From: a virus
Taxonomy: Duplodnaviria > Heunggongvirae > Uroviricota > Caudoviricetes
Virus record (IMG/VR): IMGVR_UViG_2844449076_000006
DNA length: 43,173 nucleotides
Strand: one strand, 5' to 3'
Shown piece by piece: positions 11,252 to 25,576 of this stretch (within the stretch, counting starts at the first letter, position 1; each line of letters starts with the position of its first letter). The notes beneath the pieces were generated by a model. The model saw only the letters and a list, made by a program, of their open reading frames with translations, was not told the origin of the DNA and did not search any database. The position numbers and the translations under genes are program-made.

Positions 11252-11950
11252 TTACTGCGAAAGTTTGTTAATGGAAAGGAAGCCGCCAAAGTTGCCGACG
11301 TTATTGCGAAACTTACAGCCACTCAGGCATTTGCTGCATTTATCCTTCGTGATGTCGGACGTTGGCTGGTCATATTCATCCGCGACCGCCGGACCGTGAT
11401 AACCGCACTCATCGCCGCGATAGGTCCAGGTGCAGGTGTTGGCCAGCATGATACGTCCCGGAAAAACAGCGCCATCTGTTTCCGTCGGCGTGGACAGTAC
11501 AAAAGAGGCACTCACCGCGCTCAGTTCGCTGCACTGCTCAATGCGCCAGCGGCTGATCACCTCCTGCTCCGGATCGGCGTCACTGTTTCCGTTGACGAAG
11601 TTCACCGCATCCAGAAAACGGGCGTAAACCTTACGCCGGACCACCGTTCCGCCGACCAGACTCTGTAGATCTTCCGCCATCCCGGTGACCATACCGTACA
11701 GGTTAGAAACCATCAGCGTGGGGCGCGTACTGGTGCCTTTGCCATTCAGTTCAAAACCACTCCCCTGAATGGGATACGGCTGATACTGTCGCCCCTGCCA
11801 GGTGACCGGCTCACCTTTTTCGTTCTGCTCATTACAGAAAAAATAACGTTCTCCACCGACCTCTGTCAGATCGATTTCCCAGAGCACCACGCTGGCCGAC
11901 TGCTCCGCACGGGTGCATTCATTCAGTGTTTCCTGCCGGATATCCTGCAT
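11252..11950 (-). CDS. L: Minor tail protein L
   Basis: 232 aa, MQDIRQETLNECTRAEQSASVVLWEIDLTEVGGERYFFCNEQNEKGEPVTWQGRQY..., matches lambda gpL. Confidence 0.95.
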   Translation of the reverse strand: MQDIRQETLNECTRAEQSASVVLWEIDLTEVGGERYFFCNEQNEKGEPVTWQGRQYQPYPIQGSGFELNGKGTSTRPTLMVSNLYGMVTGMAEDLQSLVGGTVVRRKVYARFLDAVNFVNGNSDADPEQEVISRWRIEQCSELSAVSASFVLSTPTETDGAVFPGRIMLANTCTWTYRGDECGYHGPAVADEYDQPTSDITKDKCSKCLSGCKFRNNVGNFGGFLSINKLSQ

Positions 11951-12279
11951 CAGTTCACCACCTGTTCAAACTCTGCGCTGAACTCAACACGCAGCATACT
12001 GACCCGCGACGACCATTTTGCGCAGGTCACCTTTATCTGCCGCCACTCATAAGGCGGCGTCCACAGAAAGGCTTTCCAGCCCCCGTGCTCTTCCAGAAAC
12101 GACTCCAGTACCATGGCCTCCTCACGGGGGACAGAAAGCGTCACGCTGTACGTTTTCAGGTTGGCATTCAGCCCGGCAGGCGCTCGCTGGGAATAGCCAT
12201 CACCAAAGCGCACCTTTCTTACAGAAGGGGCCGAAGCCACATCCATACCGGGTTTCACTTTCCAGCGGAAGGTTTTCAT
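11950..12279 (-). CDS. M: Minor tail protein M
   Basis: 109 aa, MKTFRWKVKPGMDVASAPSVRKVRFGDGYSQRA..., matches lambda gpM; start overlaps H stop. Confidence 0.95.
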   Translation of the reverse strand: MKTFRWKVKPGMDVASAPSVRKVRFGDGYSQRAPAGLNANLKTYSVTLSVPREEAMVLESFLEEHGGWKAFLWTPPYEWRQIKVTCAKWSSRVSMLRVEFSAEFEQVVN

Positions 12280-14837
12280 CGTCCACCTCCGGAGAACAGG
12301 CCACCATCACGCATCTGTGTCTGAATTTCATCACGGGCACCCTTGCGGGCCATGTCATACACGGCCTTCATCATCTGTGGACCTGGCAGACCATTCGTAC
12401 CGTCGTTCTGAATCACCACGTGATTGTTCTGATTAAAATTAATGCCTTCAGCCCGCCGCATCTGCGCCGGACTTCCGGCACCGCCCACATAACCACCTTC
12501 CGCATAGCCGCGCATCAGCCGGTAGAGATTCCCCACGCCAATCCGGCTGGTTGCCTCCTTCGTGAAGACAAATTCACCACGGTGAACAATCCCCGCTGGC
12601 TCATATTTGCCGCCGGTTCCCGTAAATCCCCCGGTTGCAAAATGGAATTTCACCGCAGCGGCCTGAATGGCTGTACCACCTGACGCGGATGCGCCGCCAC
12701 CAACAGCCCCGCCAATGGCGCTGCCGATACTCCCGACAATCCCCACCATTGCCTGCTTAAGCAGAATTTCTGTCATCATGGACAGCACGGAGCGGGTGAA
12801 GCTGCGCCAGTTCTGTTCACTGCCGGTCAGCATCGCCGCCATATTCTGTGCAATACCATCAAAGGTCTGCGTGGCTGCACTTTTAACCTGTGACATACTG
12901 TCCGTGGCGCTCTCTTCCCACTCACTCCAGCCGGACTTCAGGCCTGCCATCCAGCTCCCGCGAAGCTGGTCTTCAGCCGCCCAGGTCTTTTTCTGCTCTG
13001 ACATGACGTTATTCAGCGCCAGAGGATTATCGCCATACTGTTCCTTCAGGCGCTGTTCCGTGGCTTCCCGCGCTGCCTGCCGGTCAGTCAGCCCCCGGTT
13101 TTTCGCATCAATGGCTGCCCGTTTTGCCCGTTGCTGCTGTGCGAATTTATCCGCCTGCTGCGCCAGCGCATTCAGGTGCTCCTGATACGTAACCTTGTCA
13201 CCAAGTGCAGCCAGCTGGCGTTTGTACTCCAGCGTCTCGTCTTTATGCGCCAGCAGGGATTTCTCCTGTGCGGACAGCTGGCGACGTTGTGCCGCCTCCT
13301 CCAGTACCGCGAACTGACTTTCTGCCTTCCACAAATCCCGGCGCTGCTGGCTGATTTTCTCATTCGCTCCGGCATGCTTCTCCAGCGTCCGGAGTTCTGC
13401 CTGAAGCGTCAGCAGGGCCGCATGAGCACTGTCTTCCTGACGATCGCCCGCATACACCTTCACGCCGGACTGTTTCGGCTTTTTCAGCGTCGCTTCATAA
13501 TCCTTTTTCGCCGCCGCCATCAGCGTGTTGTAATCTGCCTGCAGGATTTTTCCGTCTTTCAGTGCCTTGTTCAGTTCTTCCTGACGGGCGGTATATTTCT
13601 CCAGCGGCGTCTGCAGCCGTTCGTAAGCCTTCTGCGCCTCTTCGGTATATTTCAGCCGTGACGCTTCGGTATCGCTCTGCTGCTGCGCATTTTTGTCCTG
13701 TTGACGCTGTTGATCTACCCTCTTTTGGGCTGCATCCCGCTCCAGGCGTTTTTTTTCACGATCATCCCAGTAACGCGCCCGTGCTTCATCGTTAACGAAA
13801 TAATCATCCTTGCGCAGATTCCAGATGTCGTCTGCTTTCTTAAACGCAGCCTCTGCCTTAATCAGCATCTCCTGCGCGGTATCAGGACGACCAATATCCA
13901 GCACCGCATCCCACATGGATTTGAATGCACGTGCAGTCCTGTCTGCCCAGGTCTCCAGCGTGCCCATGTTCTCTTTCAGGCGGCGGGTCTGGTCATCAAA
14001 CCCTTTCGTTGCGGCCTCGTTCGCCGCCTGCAATGCCCCGGCTTCATCGCCGGAACGCTGCAACTGAGCAACATACGCAATCTGCTCCGCCGTCACGTTA
14101 TGGAACTGGCGTGCCATCGCCGTCAGCCCCGACGTCGGGTCTGTGGTCAGCTTCCCGAAGGCTTCAGCGACCTTGTCCACCTCCACGCCGGATGCATAGG
14201 AGAAACGCGCCACACTCTGGCTGATGGACGCAATCTGAGCCTCACCGCTTACCCCCGCCTTAACCAGTGCGCTGAGTGACTCGCTGGTCTGGTTAAACGT
14301 CAGCCCTGCCGCCTGCCCGGCTCTGGACAGGACCAGCATACGATCTGCCGTCAGTCCCGCCTGATTACCGGAAAGGACCAGCGTTTTGTTGAAATCGGAC
14401 AGGGTTGAGTTGCCCTGATACCAGGCATACGCCAGCGCACCGGTCGCCACCGCCAGCGAGGTGGCCCCCACCATCGGCAGGGTGATCGCGCCGGCAAGCC
14501 CCCTGAACATGGGGATCATCCCGCCGAAGGAGTCCTTAACCTGACCACCCTGTTGCAGCAGGATCAGCCAGGGATTCTGCCCCCCTGCAAGCTGCGTGGC
14601 CACGTCGGTGAACTGTGCAGGCAGCATACGCATGGCGGCTTTATACTGCCCGACGGAAATCCCCGCTTTCTGTGCAGCCAGCGCCTGTCGGCTCAGCGAC
14701 TGTTCAACGACTGCCGCTGTTTTTTTCGCATCACTTTCCGTACCGGAAAAATGACGCCTGACTCTGGCCATCTGCTCGTCAAATCTGGCCGCATCCAGAC
14801 TCAAATCAACGACCAGATCGCCTACCGGTTCAGCCAT
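12276..14837 (-). CDS. H: Tail tape-measure protein H
   Basis: 853 aa, MAEPVGDLVVDLSLDAARFDEQMARVRRHFSG..., same length and sequence as lambda gpH. Confidence 0.95.
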   Translation of the reverse strand: MAEPVGDLVVDLSLDAARFDEQMARVRRHFSGTESDAKKTAAVVEQSLSRQALAAQKAGISVGQYKAAMRMLPAQFTDVATQLAGGQNPWLILLQQGGQVKDSFGGMIPMFRGLAGAITLPMVGATSLAVATGALAYAWYQGNSTLSDFNKTLVLSGNQAGLTADRMLVLSRAGQAAGLTFNQTSESLSALVKAGVSGEAQIASISQSVARFSYASGVEVDKVAEAFGKLTTDPTSGLTAMARQFHNVTAEQIAYVAQLQRSGDEAGALQAANEAATKGFDDQTRRLKENMGTLETWADRTARAFKSMWDAVLDIGRPDTAQEMLIKAEAAFKKADDIWNLRKDDYFVNDEARARYWDDREKKRLERDAAQKRVDQQRQQDKNAQQQSDTEASRLKYTEEAQKAYERLQTPLEKYTARQEELNKALKDGKILQADYNTLMAAAKKDYEATLKKPKQSGVKVYAGDRQEDSAHAALLTLQAELRTLEKHAGANEKISQQRRDLWKAESQFAVLEEAAQRRQLSAQEKSLLAHKDETLEYKRQLAALGDKVTYQEHLNALAQQADKFAQQQRAKRAAIDAKNRGLTDRQAAREATEQRLKEQYGDNPLALNNVMSEQKKTWAAEDQLRGSWMAGLKSGWSEWEESATDSMSQVKSAATQTFDGIAQNMAAMLTGSEQNWRSFTRSVLSMMTEILLKQAMVGIVGSIGSAIGGAVGGGASASGGTAIQAAAVKFHFATGGFTGTGGKYEPAGIVHRGEFVFTKEATSRIGVGNLYRLMRGYAEGGYVGGAGSPAQMRRAEGINFNQNNHVVIQNDGTNGLPGPQMMKAVYDMARKGARDEIQTQMRDGGLFSGGGR

Positions 14838-15264
14838 ACCGGACTCCTCCTGCGATCCCTTCTGATACTGTCATCAGCATTACGTCATCCTCCGTCATGT
14901 CCGCCACATCCGGGGAAGCGGGGATAACTTCATTCCCGTCCGGGCCAAAGCGGACACCTCCGGCAAGCCCTGCCGCTTTCTGCATCAGCACATCATCTTC
15001 AGGCTCTTCGTCAGCCTCGCGCCGGTTCAGCAGACTGAAATCCAGCGGATGCATCTCCGGATCGCTGAAAAACAGGCTGAGCACGGTGTACGTCAGCCCG
15101 GAAAAGTGCATATCCAGCAGAACATCATGAAAATAATGGGTACTGTAAAAGCGGTGCCAGTCGGCATACTCCGTGGATGACATCCCGGCAAGCATGGCGC
15201 GCCAGTCGGGTCGCCCCATCTCACGCGCCAGTTTCAGGGCAAAACTCAGCTCACCGTCGAACAC
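14830..15264 (-). CDS. T: Tail assembly chaperone T-frame; expressed as G-T fusion by programmed -1 frameshift at the slippery heptamer GGGAAAG near 15263-15270
   Basis: ORF in the -1 frame relative to G, overlapping its 3' end; slippery sequence G GGA AAG sits at the end of G exactly as in lambda G/G-T. Confidence 0.9.
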   Translation of the reverse strand: MFDGELSFALKLAREMGRPDWRAMLAGMSSTEYADWHRFYSTHYFHDVLLDMHFSGLTYTVLSLFFSDPEMHPLDFSLLNRREADEEPEDDVLMQKAAGLAGGVRFGPDGNEVIPASPDVADMTEDDVMLMTVSEGIAGGVRYG

Positions 15265-15668
15265 TTTCCCGCAGAAACAGGCTCTGCAGGCCCGGCGTCC
15301 TCTGCCTGTTCAGGAGCATCATTCACCACAAACTCATACATACCGGACAGCCGGTACACCACGTTTTCAGCATGAGAAATTGCCTCTGTGGGCCAGGTGG
15401 TAAGCACTTCCTGCTCAATCTGTTTAACGGCTTCATTCATGGACGGCATCTGCGTCTTCTTCGGATGGTTATGCCACAGGGACATCGCAACCACAAAAGC
15501 GCCGGTTCTGATGGCGTCTTCCACAGTAAACTTCCGGTTGCTGTCTGACTCCGCCTGTTCTGCCTGCCGTTTCATCAGGTCGAGATGCTCAATACGCTGC
15601 AGGGCTGACAGTTCAGAAAGCGTGACGGTCACACCGTTATGTTCAAATGATTCGGTTTTCAGGAACAT
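15246..15668 (-). CDS. G: Tail assembly chaperone G
   Basis: 140 aa, MFLKTESFEHNGVTVTLSELSALQRIEHL..., matches lambda gpG. Confidence 0.95.
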   Translation of the reverse strand: MFLKTESFEHNGVTVTLSELSALQRIEHLDLMKRQAEQAESDSNRKFTVEDAIRTGAFVVAMSLWHNHPKKTQMPSMNEAVKQIEQEVLTTWPTEAISHAENVVYRLSGMYEFVVNDAPEQAEDAGPAEPVSAGKCSTVS

Positions 15669-15683
15669 CGCTGACTCTCCGGA

Positions 15684-16424
15684 TTAACTGGCGGTGACGT
15701 TGATTTCTGCAACCGCAGCAAACTCACCATTACCAGATACGACCGGAATGTTGACCTTGCCTGCAGCAACACCTTTCACGGTGATGGTCATACCACTGAC
15801 CGACACGGTGGCTTTTGTTTTATCCGCAGACACCGCACGGAAGCTCTTGTCGGTTGCGCCATCCGGCTGGAATGCCACGGTCAGCGTGGTGCTCTGCCCT
15901 TTCACTACGGAAGCACTGGCGGGTGTCACCGTCATGCCGGTCGTCGCCGTCACCGTGCTGCGATCTTCTGCCATCGACGGACGTCCCACATTGGTGACCT
16001 TCACCGTGCGGGTAATCACCTCCTTCGCCGTCACCGCCTTACCGATACTGCTGACCCAGCCACGGAACACATCGACCGTGCCGTTCGGGAAGCGGATTTT
16101 ATAGGCACGGGTATCACCTTCATTAAACCACGCCAGCAGCGCCTGCTGCCCCTGCTCTCCGGGCATCCACGCCAGCGTGAAGCTGGTATCTCCGGCAGAT
16201 TTCTGCCCCTGCCCGGTCGCAGTCCAGTCTGCATCTTCATCATCGAGATAGCTGTCGTCATAGGACTCAGCGGTCAGTTCGCCGGGCGTCAGGTCTTTAA
16301 CTTTTGCCAGACGCGACCAGTCAACGTCTGAAAGCGGGTTCGCATAAGGGTCACCGCTCCCCTTATAAACCCACAGGGTGGTCCCGGCACCTTTCACCGG
16401 CATTGTAGGATTTGGTACAGGCAT
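15684..16424 (-). CDS. V: Major tail tube protein V
   Basis: Starts [36 protein letters not shown] (lambda gpV, 246 aa); start trimmed from the longer track ORF. Confidence 0.95.
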   Translation of the reverse strand: MPVPNPTMPVKGAGTTLWVYKGSGDPYANPLSDVDWSRLAKVKDLTPGELTAESYDDSYLDDEDADWTATGQGQKSAGDTSFTLAWMPGEQGQQALLAWFNEGDTRAYKIRFPNGTVDVFRGWVSSIGKAVTAKEVITRTVKVTNVGRPSMAEDRSTVTATTGMTVTPASASVVKGQSTTLTVAFQPDGATDKSFRAVSADKTKATVSVSGMTITVKGVAAGKVNIPVVSGNGEFAAVAEINVTAS

Positions 16425-16431
16425 AGCGTCC

Positions 16432-16827
16432 TCACATTTCATAGATAATGACATAAGTCAGATCGGCTGAACTCCACAGGCCCGCATCATCGTCGCGCCG
16501 GTAGTCATAGCCGCTGGCCACCATACTGGTGATCAAATCTGACAGTGCCGGGATATCGCTCATCACCGGATAAATCCGGGACTCCATCCACGAATCCAGC
16601 TCTGAATCCGGCACCTGAGCAGGCAGGAAAACTTCAATATGCAGCTCCGCCTGCCAGGTATCGCTGTCCAGCTCTTCGCCCGTGTATTCAGCGCCGGTGA
16701 GATAAACGGCAATTGCCGGAAAATCTTCCTCATCAAAAACAGCGGGGCGACCATCAAAAAGCGTCGCCCCGGTGTCATGCTTCTCCAGTGCATCCAGTAC
16801 GGCTGCACGGAGTTCAGTATGTTTCAT
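16432..16827 (-). CDS. U: Tail terminator protein U
   Basis: 131 aa, [54 protein letters not shown]..., matches lambda gpU. Confidence 0.95.
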   Translation of the reverse strand: MKHTELRAAVLDALEKHDTGATLFDGRPAVFDEEDFPAIAVYLTGAEYTGEELDSDTWQAELHIEVFLPAQVPDSELDSWMESRIYPVMSDIPALSDLITSMVASGYDYRRDDDAGLWSSADLTYVIIYEM

Positions 16828-17402
16828 CGCTTTATTACCATTCTCAGTTGATGCTGCAGCGCATAGCCCAGCTCTTTCGGAAGACGTTCACGCCGTATCC
16901 GTTCAATATTCTGTTTAAACGCCGTGGTCAGCGGCACCGCCATCGGGATTTTCACCACATCAATGGGGTAACGGTTTTTCCCGGCCACACGCTGCATAAC
17001 ATGCCACCGGCCGTTTTTCAGTTGCTGAATAAACGCGCCGGGAATACGACGGTTACCCACCACAAGCACGCTGCCGCCACCTTTCAGGGATGAACGCTGC
17101 CCCTTTTTATGACGCCTGCGGCGGGACAGGACAACCCGCGCATTACCCAGCTTGATTACGGGCAAATCCCCCCGGTTAACTTTGATTCTGGCCTGCGGAT
17201 TTTTGACCGTGGCCCTTTTCAGCCTGGCCCTTTCCTTTACCAGTTTCCGGCGTACCTTTGTCTCACGGGCAACCTGTGACGCAGACTGCGATATCGCGGA
17301 TGAAGCAACGCGGTTAATGGCCATTGCGGCGGCACCGGGCACCGCCGTTTTGCTGATACGGCTGAGGTTTTCAACGGCCTGCTCAAGACCTTTTATGGCC
17401 AT
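16824..17402 (-). CDS. Z: Tail completion protein Z
   Basis: 192 aa, MAIKGLEQAVENLSRISKTAVPGAAAMAINRVASS..., matches lambda gpZ. Confidence 0.95.
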   Translation of the reverse strand: MAIKGLEQAVENLSRISKTAVPGAAAMAINRVASSAISQSASQVARETKVRRKLVKERARLKRATVKNPQARIKVNRGDLPVIKLGNARVVLSRRRRHKKGQRSSLKGGGSVLVVGNRRIPGAFIQQLKNGRWHVMQRVAGKNRYPIDVVKIPMAVPLTTAFKQNIERIRRERLPKELGYALQHQLRMVIKR

Positions 17403-17413
17403 ACATCCCCCTT

Positions 17414-17767
17414 TCAGCGGCGACGGTTAACGGCAGGCGGTACGCCCCGTCCAAGCCAGAGATGACAACTTCCGCCATCATCCGGCGAAACCCGATCTAC
17501 CCAGAAATTTTCCTCACCGATGGTCAGCGTGTCTCCACGCCGCAGCTGCCGCACCTCATCAGTCCGGACAAACAGGGACGGGCTGGAGCCTTCAACGCGC
17601 ACGCCCTGTCCGGCATAGCTGATATTTTCAGGGTCATCAAAAACACCACGTATCACCGCACCTGACTGCTCACCGGATGTCATGGTGGCTGACGTTCCCA
17701 TGTACCCGCGTATCGTTTCATCGGCGCGGGCAATGGCAGCATCGAACAGGTTATCGAAATCAGCCAC
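17414..17767 (-). CDS. FII: Head-tail connector protein FII
   Basis: 117 aa, MADFDNLFDAAIARADETIRGYMGTSA..., matches lambda gpFII. Confidence 0.95.
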   Translation of the reverse strand: MADFDNLFDAAIARADETIRGYMGTSATMTSGEQSGAVIRGVFDDPENISYAGQGVRVEGSSPSLFVRTDEVRQLRRGDTLTIGEENFWVDRVSPDDGGSCHLWLGRGVPPAVNRRR

Positions 17768-17778
17768 AGCGCCTCCCG

Positions 17779-18177
17779 TTATTGCATTCTGGCCAGGCCG
17801 CGCTCTGTCATTTCGGCTGCCACACCGGCAGAGACACGAAACGCCGTTCCCGGCAGCACAAATGCCACAGGTTTATCCCGCGTGGCGTGAAGTGCATCAG
17901 TATGCAGCGTCACCAGTGCCACGACCGTGACCAGTTCAGCCGTATCCTGAATCACGGTATCCGGCTGCGCTGATACCACCTCATTTTCATGCCCGGTCAG
18001 CACATTTTCCCGGCTGAGAGGGGTGTCCTGACCGGCAGTTTCATCCGTGTCATCAAGCTCTTCTTCCAGCTCTGCCACACGAAGCGCCAGTTCTTCTTTC
18101 GTTCCCGTCAAACTGACATCGCGGTTCAATTGCTCACCCAGCTCCTGAAGACGGGCAATCAGTTCATCTTTCGTCAT
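17779..18177 (-). CDS. FI: DNA packaging protein FI
   Basis: Starts MTKDELIARLQELGEQLNRDVSLTGTKEELALRVAELEEELDD (lambda gpFI, 132 aa); start trimmed from track ORF. Confidence 0.9.
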   Translation of the reverse strand: MTKDELIARLQELGEQLNRDVSLTGTKEELALRVAELEEELDDTDETAGQDTPLSRENVLTGHENEVVSAQPDTVIQDTAELVTVVALVTLHTDALHATRDKPVAFVLPGTAFRVSAGVAAEMTERGLARMQ

Positions 18178-18218
18178 GAACTCCTCCACAGAGAGAAAAT
18201 GGCCCCGAAGGGCCATGA

Positions 18219-19244
18219 TTACGCCAGTTGAACGGACACGAACTCATCAGGATCAGCCAGCAGCATCAGCGGTGCTGACTGAATCATGGTGAACTCACGC
18301 GCCGGATCGCCGGTGGTCACCCAGTTTTTCGGGTAACGGGCAGAAGCGTTAATGCCTTCGCGCTGTGCGTCCGCATCCTGAATGCAGCCATAGGTGCGCA
18401 GACCGCGAGCCTGAGTGTTCCCCAGCACCATCGTGTTGTCCGGCAGGAAGTTCTTTTTGACGCCGTTTTCCACGTACTGTCCGGAATACACGACGATGGC
18501 CACATCGCCATACATTCCCTTATAGGACACCGCTTTGCCCAGGTCTTTTACCGCTGTCTCCAGCTCGGAATGAGAGCCGCGACGGGTATCCAGCTTCTCC
18601 TTGACGGCTTTGAAGGAACGGAACAGCGCCCAGCCTTTCGGGTCAAACACGATGATATTCACCACACCGCTGGCGTTCAGCGCGTAGGCTTCGATATCGT
18701 CGGTCGGGTCATACGTGGACTTGTCACGCTTGCTCCACTCCGTGACGCCGGACTGTGTGATGTTGTTCGCCGCACTGCGGCCCATATCCACCTCAACCGG
18801 ATCGAAGGCTTCACCGGTCATGGTGTATTTGCCCTTGAGCACGGCAGAAACTGCCTGCATCTCTTCGACCTGAGCAATGGCCAGCTCTTCGTCACGCATG
18901 TTCTGCATGATGATGCGACGGCGGCGGTAAGCCGGGTCCGCCAGATTCTGCGGATCTTCATCCGGCAGGCGACGCAGGGTCATCTGCGGATTCACCTCAT
19001 GCTTGGGTTTGACATATCCCGGCGTAAATTCAGAGGTGGAGCCGCCACGGGAACGGATAACCTCACCGGAAACAATCGGCGAAACGTACAGCGCCATGTT
19101 TACCAGTCCCGGAATTTGTGAGAGATAGACTTTCTCCGTAGTGAAGGGATAGCTCTCACGGAAAAAGAGACGCAGAAACAGCGGATCAAACTTAAATTTC
19201 TGCTCATTTGCCGCCAGCAGCTGGGCGGTTGTGTACATCGACAT
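18219..19244 (-). CDS. E: Major capsid protein E
   Basis: Starts MSMYTTAQLLAANEQKFKFDPLFLRLFFRESYPFTTEKVYLSQIPGLVNMALYVSPIVSGEVIRSRGG (lambda gpE, 341 aa). Confidence 0.95.
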   Translation of the reverse strand: MSMYTTAQLLAANEQKFKFDPLFLRLFFRESYPFTTEKVYLSQIPGLVNMALYVSPIVSGEVIRSRGGSTSEFTPGYVKPKHEVNPQMTLRRLPDEDPQNLADPAYRRRRIIMQNMRDEELAIAQVEEMQAVSAVLKGKYTMTGEAFDPVEVDMGRSAANNITQSGVTEWSKRDKSTYDPTDDIEAYALNASGVVNIIVFDPKGWALFRSFKAVKEKLDTRRGSHSELETAVKDLGKAVSYKGMYGDVAIVVYSGQYVENGVKKNFLPDNTMVLGNTQARGLRTYGCIQDADAQREGINASARYPKNWVTTGDPAREFTMIQSAPLMLLADPDEFVSVQLA

Positions 19245-19299
19245 AAAAAAATCCCGTAAAAAAAGCCACACAGGCGGCCTTTAGTGATGAAGGGTAAAG

Positions 19300-19632
19300 T
19301 TAAACGATGCTGATTGCCGTTCCGGCAAACACGGTCCGTTTTTTCGTCTCGTCGCTGGCAGCCTCCGGCCAGAGCACATCCTCATAACGGAACGTGCCGG
19401 ACTTGTAGAACGTCAGTGTGGTGCTGGTCTGGTCAGCAGCAACCGCAAGAATGCCAACGGCAGCACCGTCGGTGGTGCCATCCCACGCAACCAGCTTACG
19501 GGTGGAGGTGTCCAGCATCAGCGGGGTCATTGCAGGCGCTTTCGCACTCAATCCGCCGGGCGCGGTTGCGGTATGAGCCGGGTCACTATTGCCCAGCGGC
19601 TGGTAATGGGTAAAGGTTTCTTTGCTCGTCAT
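19300..19632 (-). CDS. D: Head decoration protein D
   Basis: Starts [43 protein letters not shown] (lambda gpD, 110 aa). Confidence 0.95.
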   Translation of the reverse strand: MTSKETFTHYQPLGNSDPAHTATAPGGLSAKAPAMTPLMLDTSTRKLVAWDGTTDGAAVGILAVAADQTSTTLTFYKSGTFRYEDVLWPEAASDETKKRTVFAGTAISIV

Positions 19633-19641
19633 AAACATCCC

Positions 19642-20037
19642 TTACACTGGTGTGTTCAGCAAATCGTTAACGGCATCAGATGCCGGGTTACCTGCAGCCA
19701 GCGGTGCCGGTGCCCCCTGCATCAGACGATCCAGCGCAGTGTCACTGCGCGTCTGTGCACTCTGTGGTGCTGCGGCCAGAATACGGCGGGCCGTTTCCAC
19801 GGTCATACCGGGGGTTTCGGCCAGCACGCGTGCCTGTTCTTCGCGTCCGTGAGCCTCCTCACAGTTGAGGATCCCCATAATGCGACTGTTTTCTGCCGCA
19901 ACCGCTGCGGTGATCTGCGCGTTCACGTCCGGCTGCGCCGCGCTGGCGTTCTCGCCCTCCGTCGCTTGCACCACGCCAGTAACGTCAGCCTGCGAAGCAG
20001 TGGCTGAAACAGTTGTTGATTGAGTCTCTTTGGTCAT
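19642..20037 (-). CDS. nu3: Scaffolding protein Nu3 (in-frame internal start within C)
   Basis: Internal ATG giving MTKETQSTTVSATASQADVTGVV...DAVNDLLNTPV (131 aa), the nested Nu3 arrangement of lambda. Confidence 0.8.
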   Translation of the reverse strand: MTKETQSTTVSATASQADVTGVVQATEGENASAAQPDVNAQITAAVAAENSRIMGILNCEEAHGREEQARVLAETPGMTVETARRILAAAPQSAQTRSDTALDRLMQGAPAPLAAGNPASDAVNDLLNTPV

Positions 20038-20941
20038 TCGCCCTCCTGAGAGACGGGATTTACGTGCATCCAGTGCATCACGCATGACGGTGATCGCATC
20101 GGTACTGTTAACAAGTTCATCAGCCAGTCCGGCATCAATGGCCTCCTGACCGCTGTACACTGCAGCCTCGGTATCCAGCACAGCCTGCACGGACAGGCCG
20201 GTATATGCCGACACCTTCTGTGCAAACATCCGGCGGGTTGCATCCATCCGGGACTGCAATGTTTCCCGGACATCATCCGGTAGATGGCTGTAGGGGTTGC
20301 CATCCACCTTATGGCTGCCGCTGTAAATCAGCGTGATTTCCACGCCCTGTTTCTCCAGTGCAGCGCCGTAATTACTGTGAGCCATCATGACGCCGATGGA
20401 GCCTGTCCGGGCGGTCTGCGTGACCAGACGCCGGGAGGCGGCACTGGCAAGCAGCTGACCTGCGCTGCAGTTCATGTCATTGGCCAGCGCCCATACCGGC
20501 TTTATGTCACGCACACGGGCGATGATGTCAGCGCAGTCAAATGCTCCCGCCACCATTCCGCCCGGTGTGTCCATATCGAGCAGAATGCCGTCCACCATCG
20601 GGTCGCTGGCAGCCTGTTGCAGACGGGCGATAATGCCGTTGTAACCGGTCATCCCCGAGTACGGCTGCAGCGCCCGCGTCCGGCTGACCAGCGTGCCGGA
20701 CACCGGCAGCACGGCGATGCCGTTCATTACCTGATAACTGCGGGCCTGTCGTGGTCCGTCATCATCACCGGATAACGCCAGCGCCGCGGGTGCCTCTCCG
20801 GCAGTCAGGCTGTCGCCGGATACTGCATCCGTCAGGCAGCTGATCCCAAGCTGGCCTGCAAGCGCACAAAAGAAAACCCGCGCATAGGCGGGTTCAAGCA
20901 TCAGCGGCTCATTAAAAGCCATGCTGGCAATATGCGGGAGA

Positions 20942-20961
<20 letters not shown>
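19642..20961 (-). CDS. C: Minor capsid protein C (prohead protease/ClpP-like), GTG start
   Basis: 439-aa frame (V)TAELRNLPHIASMAFNEPLMLEPAYARVFFCALAGQLG... matches lambda gpC; GTG start preceded by AGGAGA and overlapping the B stop, as in lambda. Confidence 0.9.
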
Positions 20962-24642
<3,681 letters not shown>

Positions 24643-24668
<26 letters not shown>

Positions 24669-25188
24669 TCAGCAACCCCGGTATCAGTTCATCCAGCGCG
24701 GCTGCTTTGTTCATGGCTTTGATGATATCCCGTTTCAGGAAATCAACATGTCGGTTTTCCAGTTCCGGAAAACGCCGCTGCACCGACAGGGGGATCCCGT
24801 CGAGAATACTGGCAATTTCACCTGCGATCCGCGACAGCACGAAAGTACAGAATGCGGTTTCCACCACTTCAGCGGAGTCTCTGGCATTTTTCAGCTCCTG
24901 TGCGTCGGCCTGCGCACGCGTAAGTCGATGGCGTTCGTACTCAATAGTCCCTGGCTGGAGATCTGTCTCGCTGGCCTGCCGCAGTTCTTCAACTTCCCGG
25001 CGCAGCTTTTCGTTCTCAATTTCAGCATCCCTTTCGGCATACCATCTTATAACGGCGGCAGAGTCATAAAGCACCTCATTACCCTTGCCACCGCCTCGCA
25101 GAACGGGCATTCCCTGTTCCTGCCAGTTCTGAATGGTACGGATACTCGCACCGAAAATGTCAGCCAGCTGCTTTTTGTTGACTTCCAT
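24643..25188 (-). CDS. nu1: Terminase small subunit Nu1
   Basis: 181 aa, MEVNKKQLADIFGASIRTIQNWQEQGMPVLRGGGKGNEVLYDSAAV..., matches lambda gpNu1. Confidence 0.95.
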
Positions 25189-25575
25189 TGTTCATTCCAC
25201 GGACAAAAACAGAGAAAGGAAACGACAGAGGCCAAAAAGCCCGTTTTCAGCACCTGTCGTTTCCTTTCTTTTCAGGGGGTGTTTTAAATAAAAACATTAG
25301 GTTACGGCGAAGAAGAACGGAAACGCCTTAAACCGGAAAATTGTCATAAATAGCGAAAACCCGCGCGCCTTCCGCCCCGTAACCTGTCGGATCGCCGGAA
25401 AGGACCCGCAAAATGATAATAATTATCATCTACATGTCACAACGTGCATCTACGCCATCAAACCACGTCAAATAATCAATTATGACGCAGGTATCGTATT
25501 AATTGATCTGCATCAACTTAACGTAAAAACAACTTCAGACAATACAAATCAGCGACACTGAATACAGGGCAACCT
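25189..25575 (-). other. cos: cos packaging region (cosB-cosN-cosQ equivalent) with a divergent cosN core near 25366-25377
   Basis: Sequence upstream of nu1 matches the lambda left end (CGCGGGTTTTCGCTATTTATGA...GGAAACGACAG...) and, beyond the junction, the lambda right end (CGTAACCTGTCGGATC...ATCAACTTAACGTAAAAACAACTTCAGACAATACAAATCAGCGACACTGAATAC), in reverse complement. Confidence 0.8.
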
Positions 25576-25576
25576 C

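Noticed and set aside
15241-15270. Apparent one-base discrepancy between my manual base count and the ORF-track frames around the G/T overlap, which could have been read as a frameshift mutation in G
   Set aside because: The supplied ORF track gives intact G and T frames, so the discrepancy is most likely my miscount of a homopolymer run; treated as a coordinate caveat, not a biological finding.
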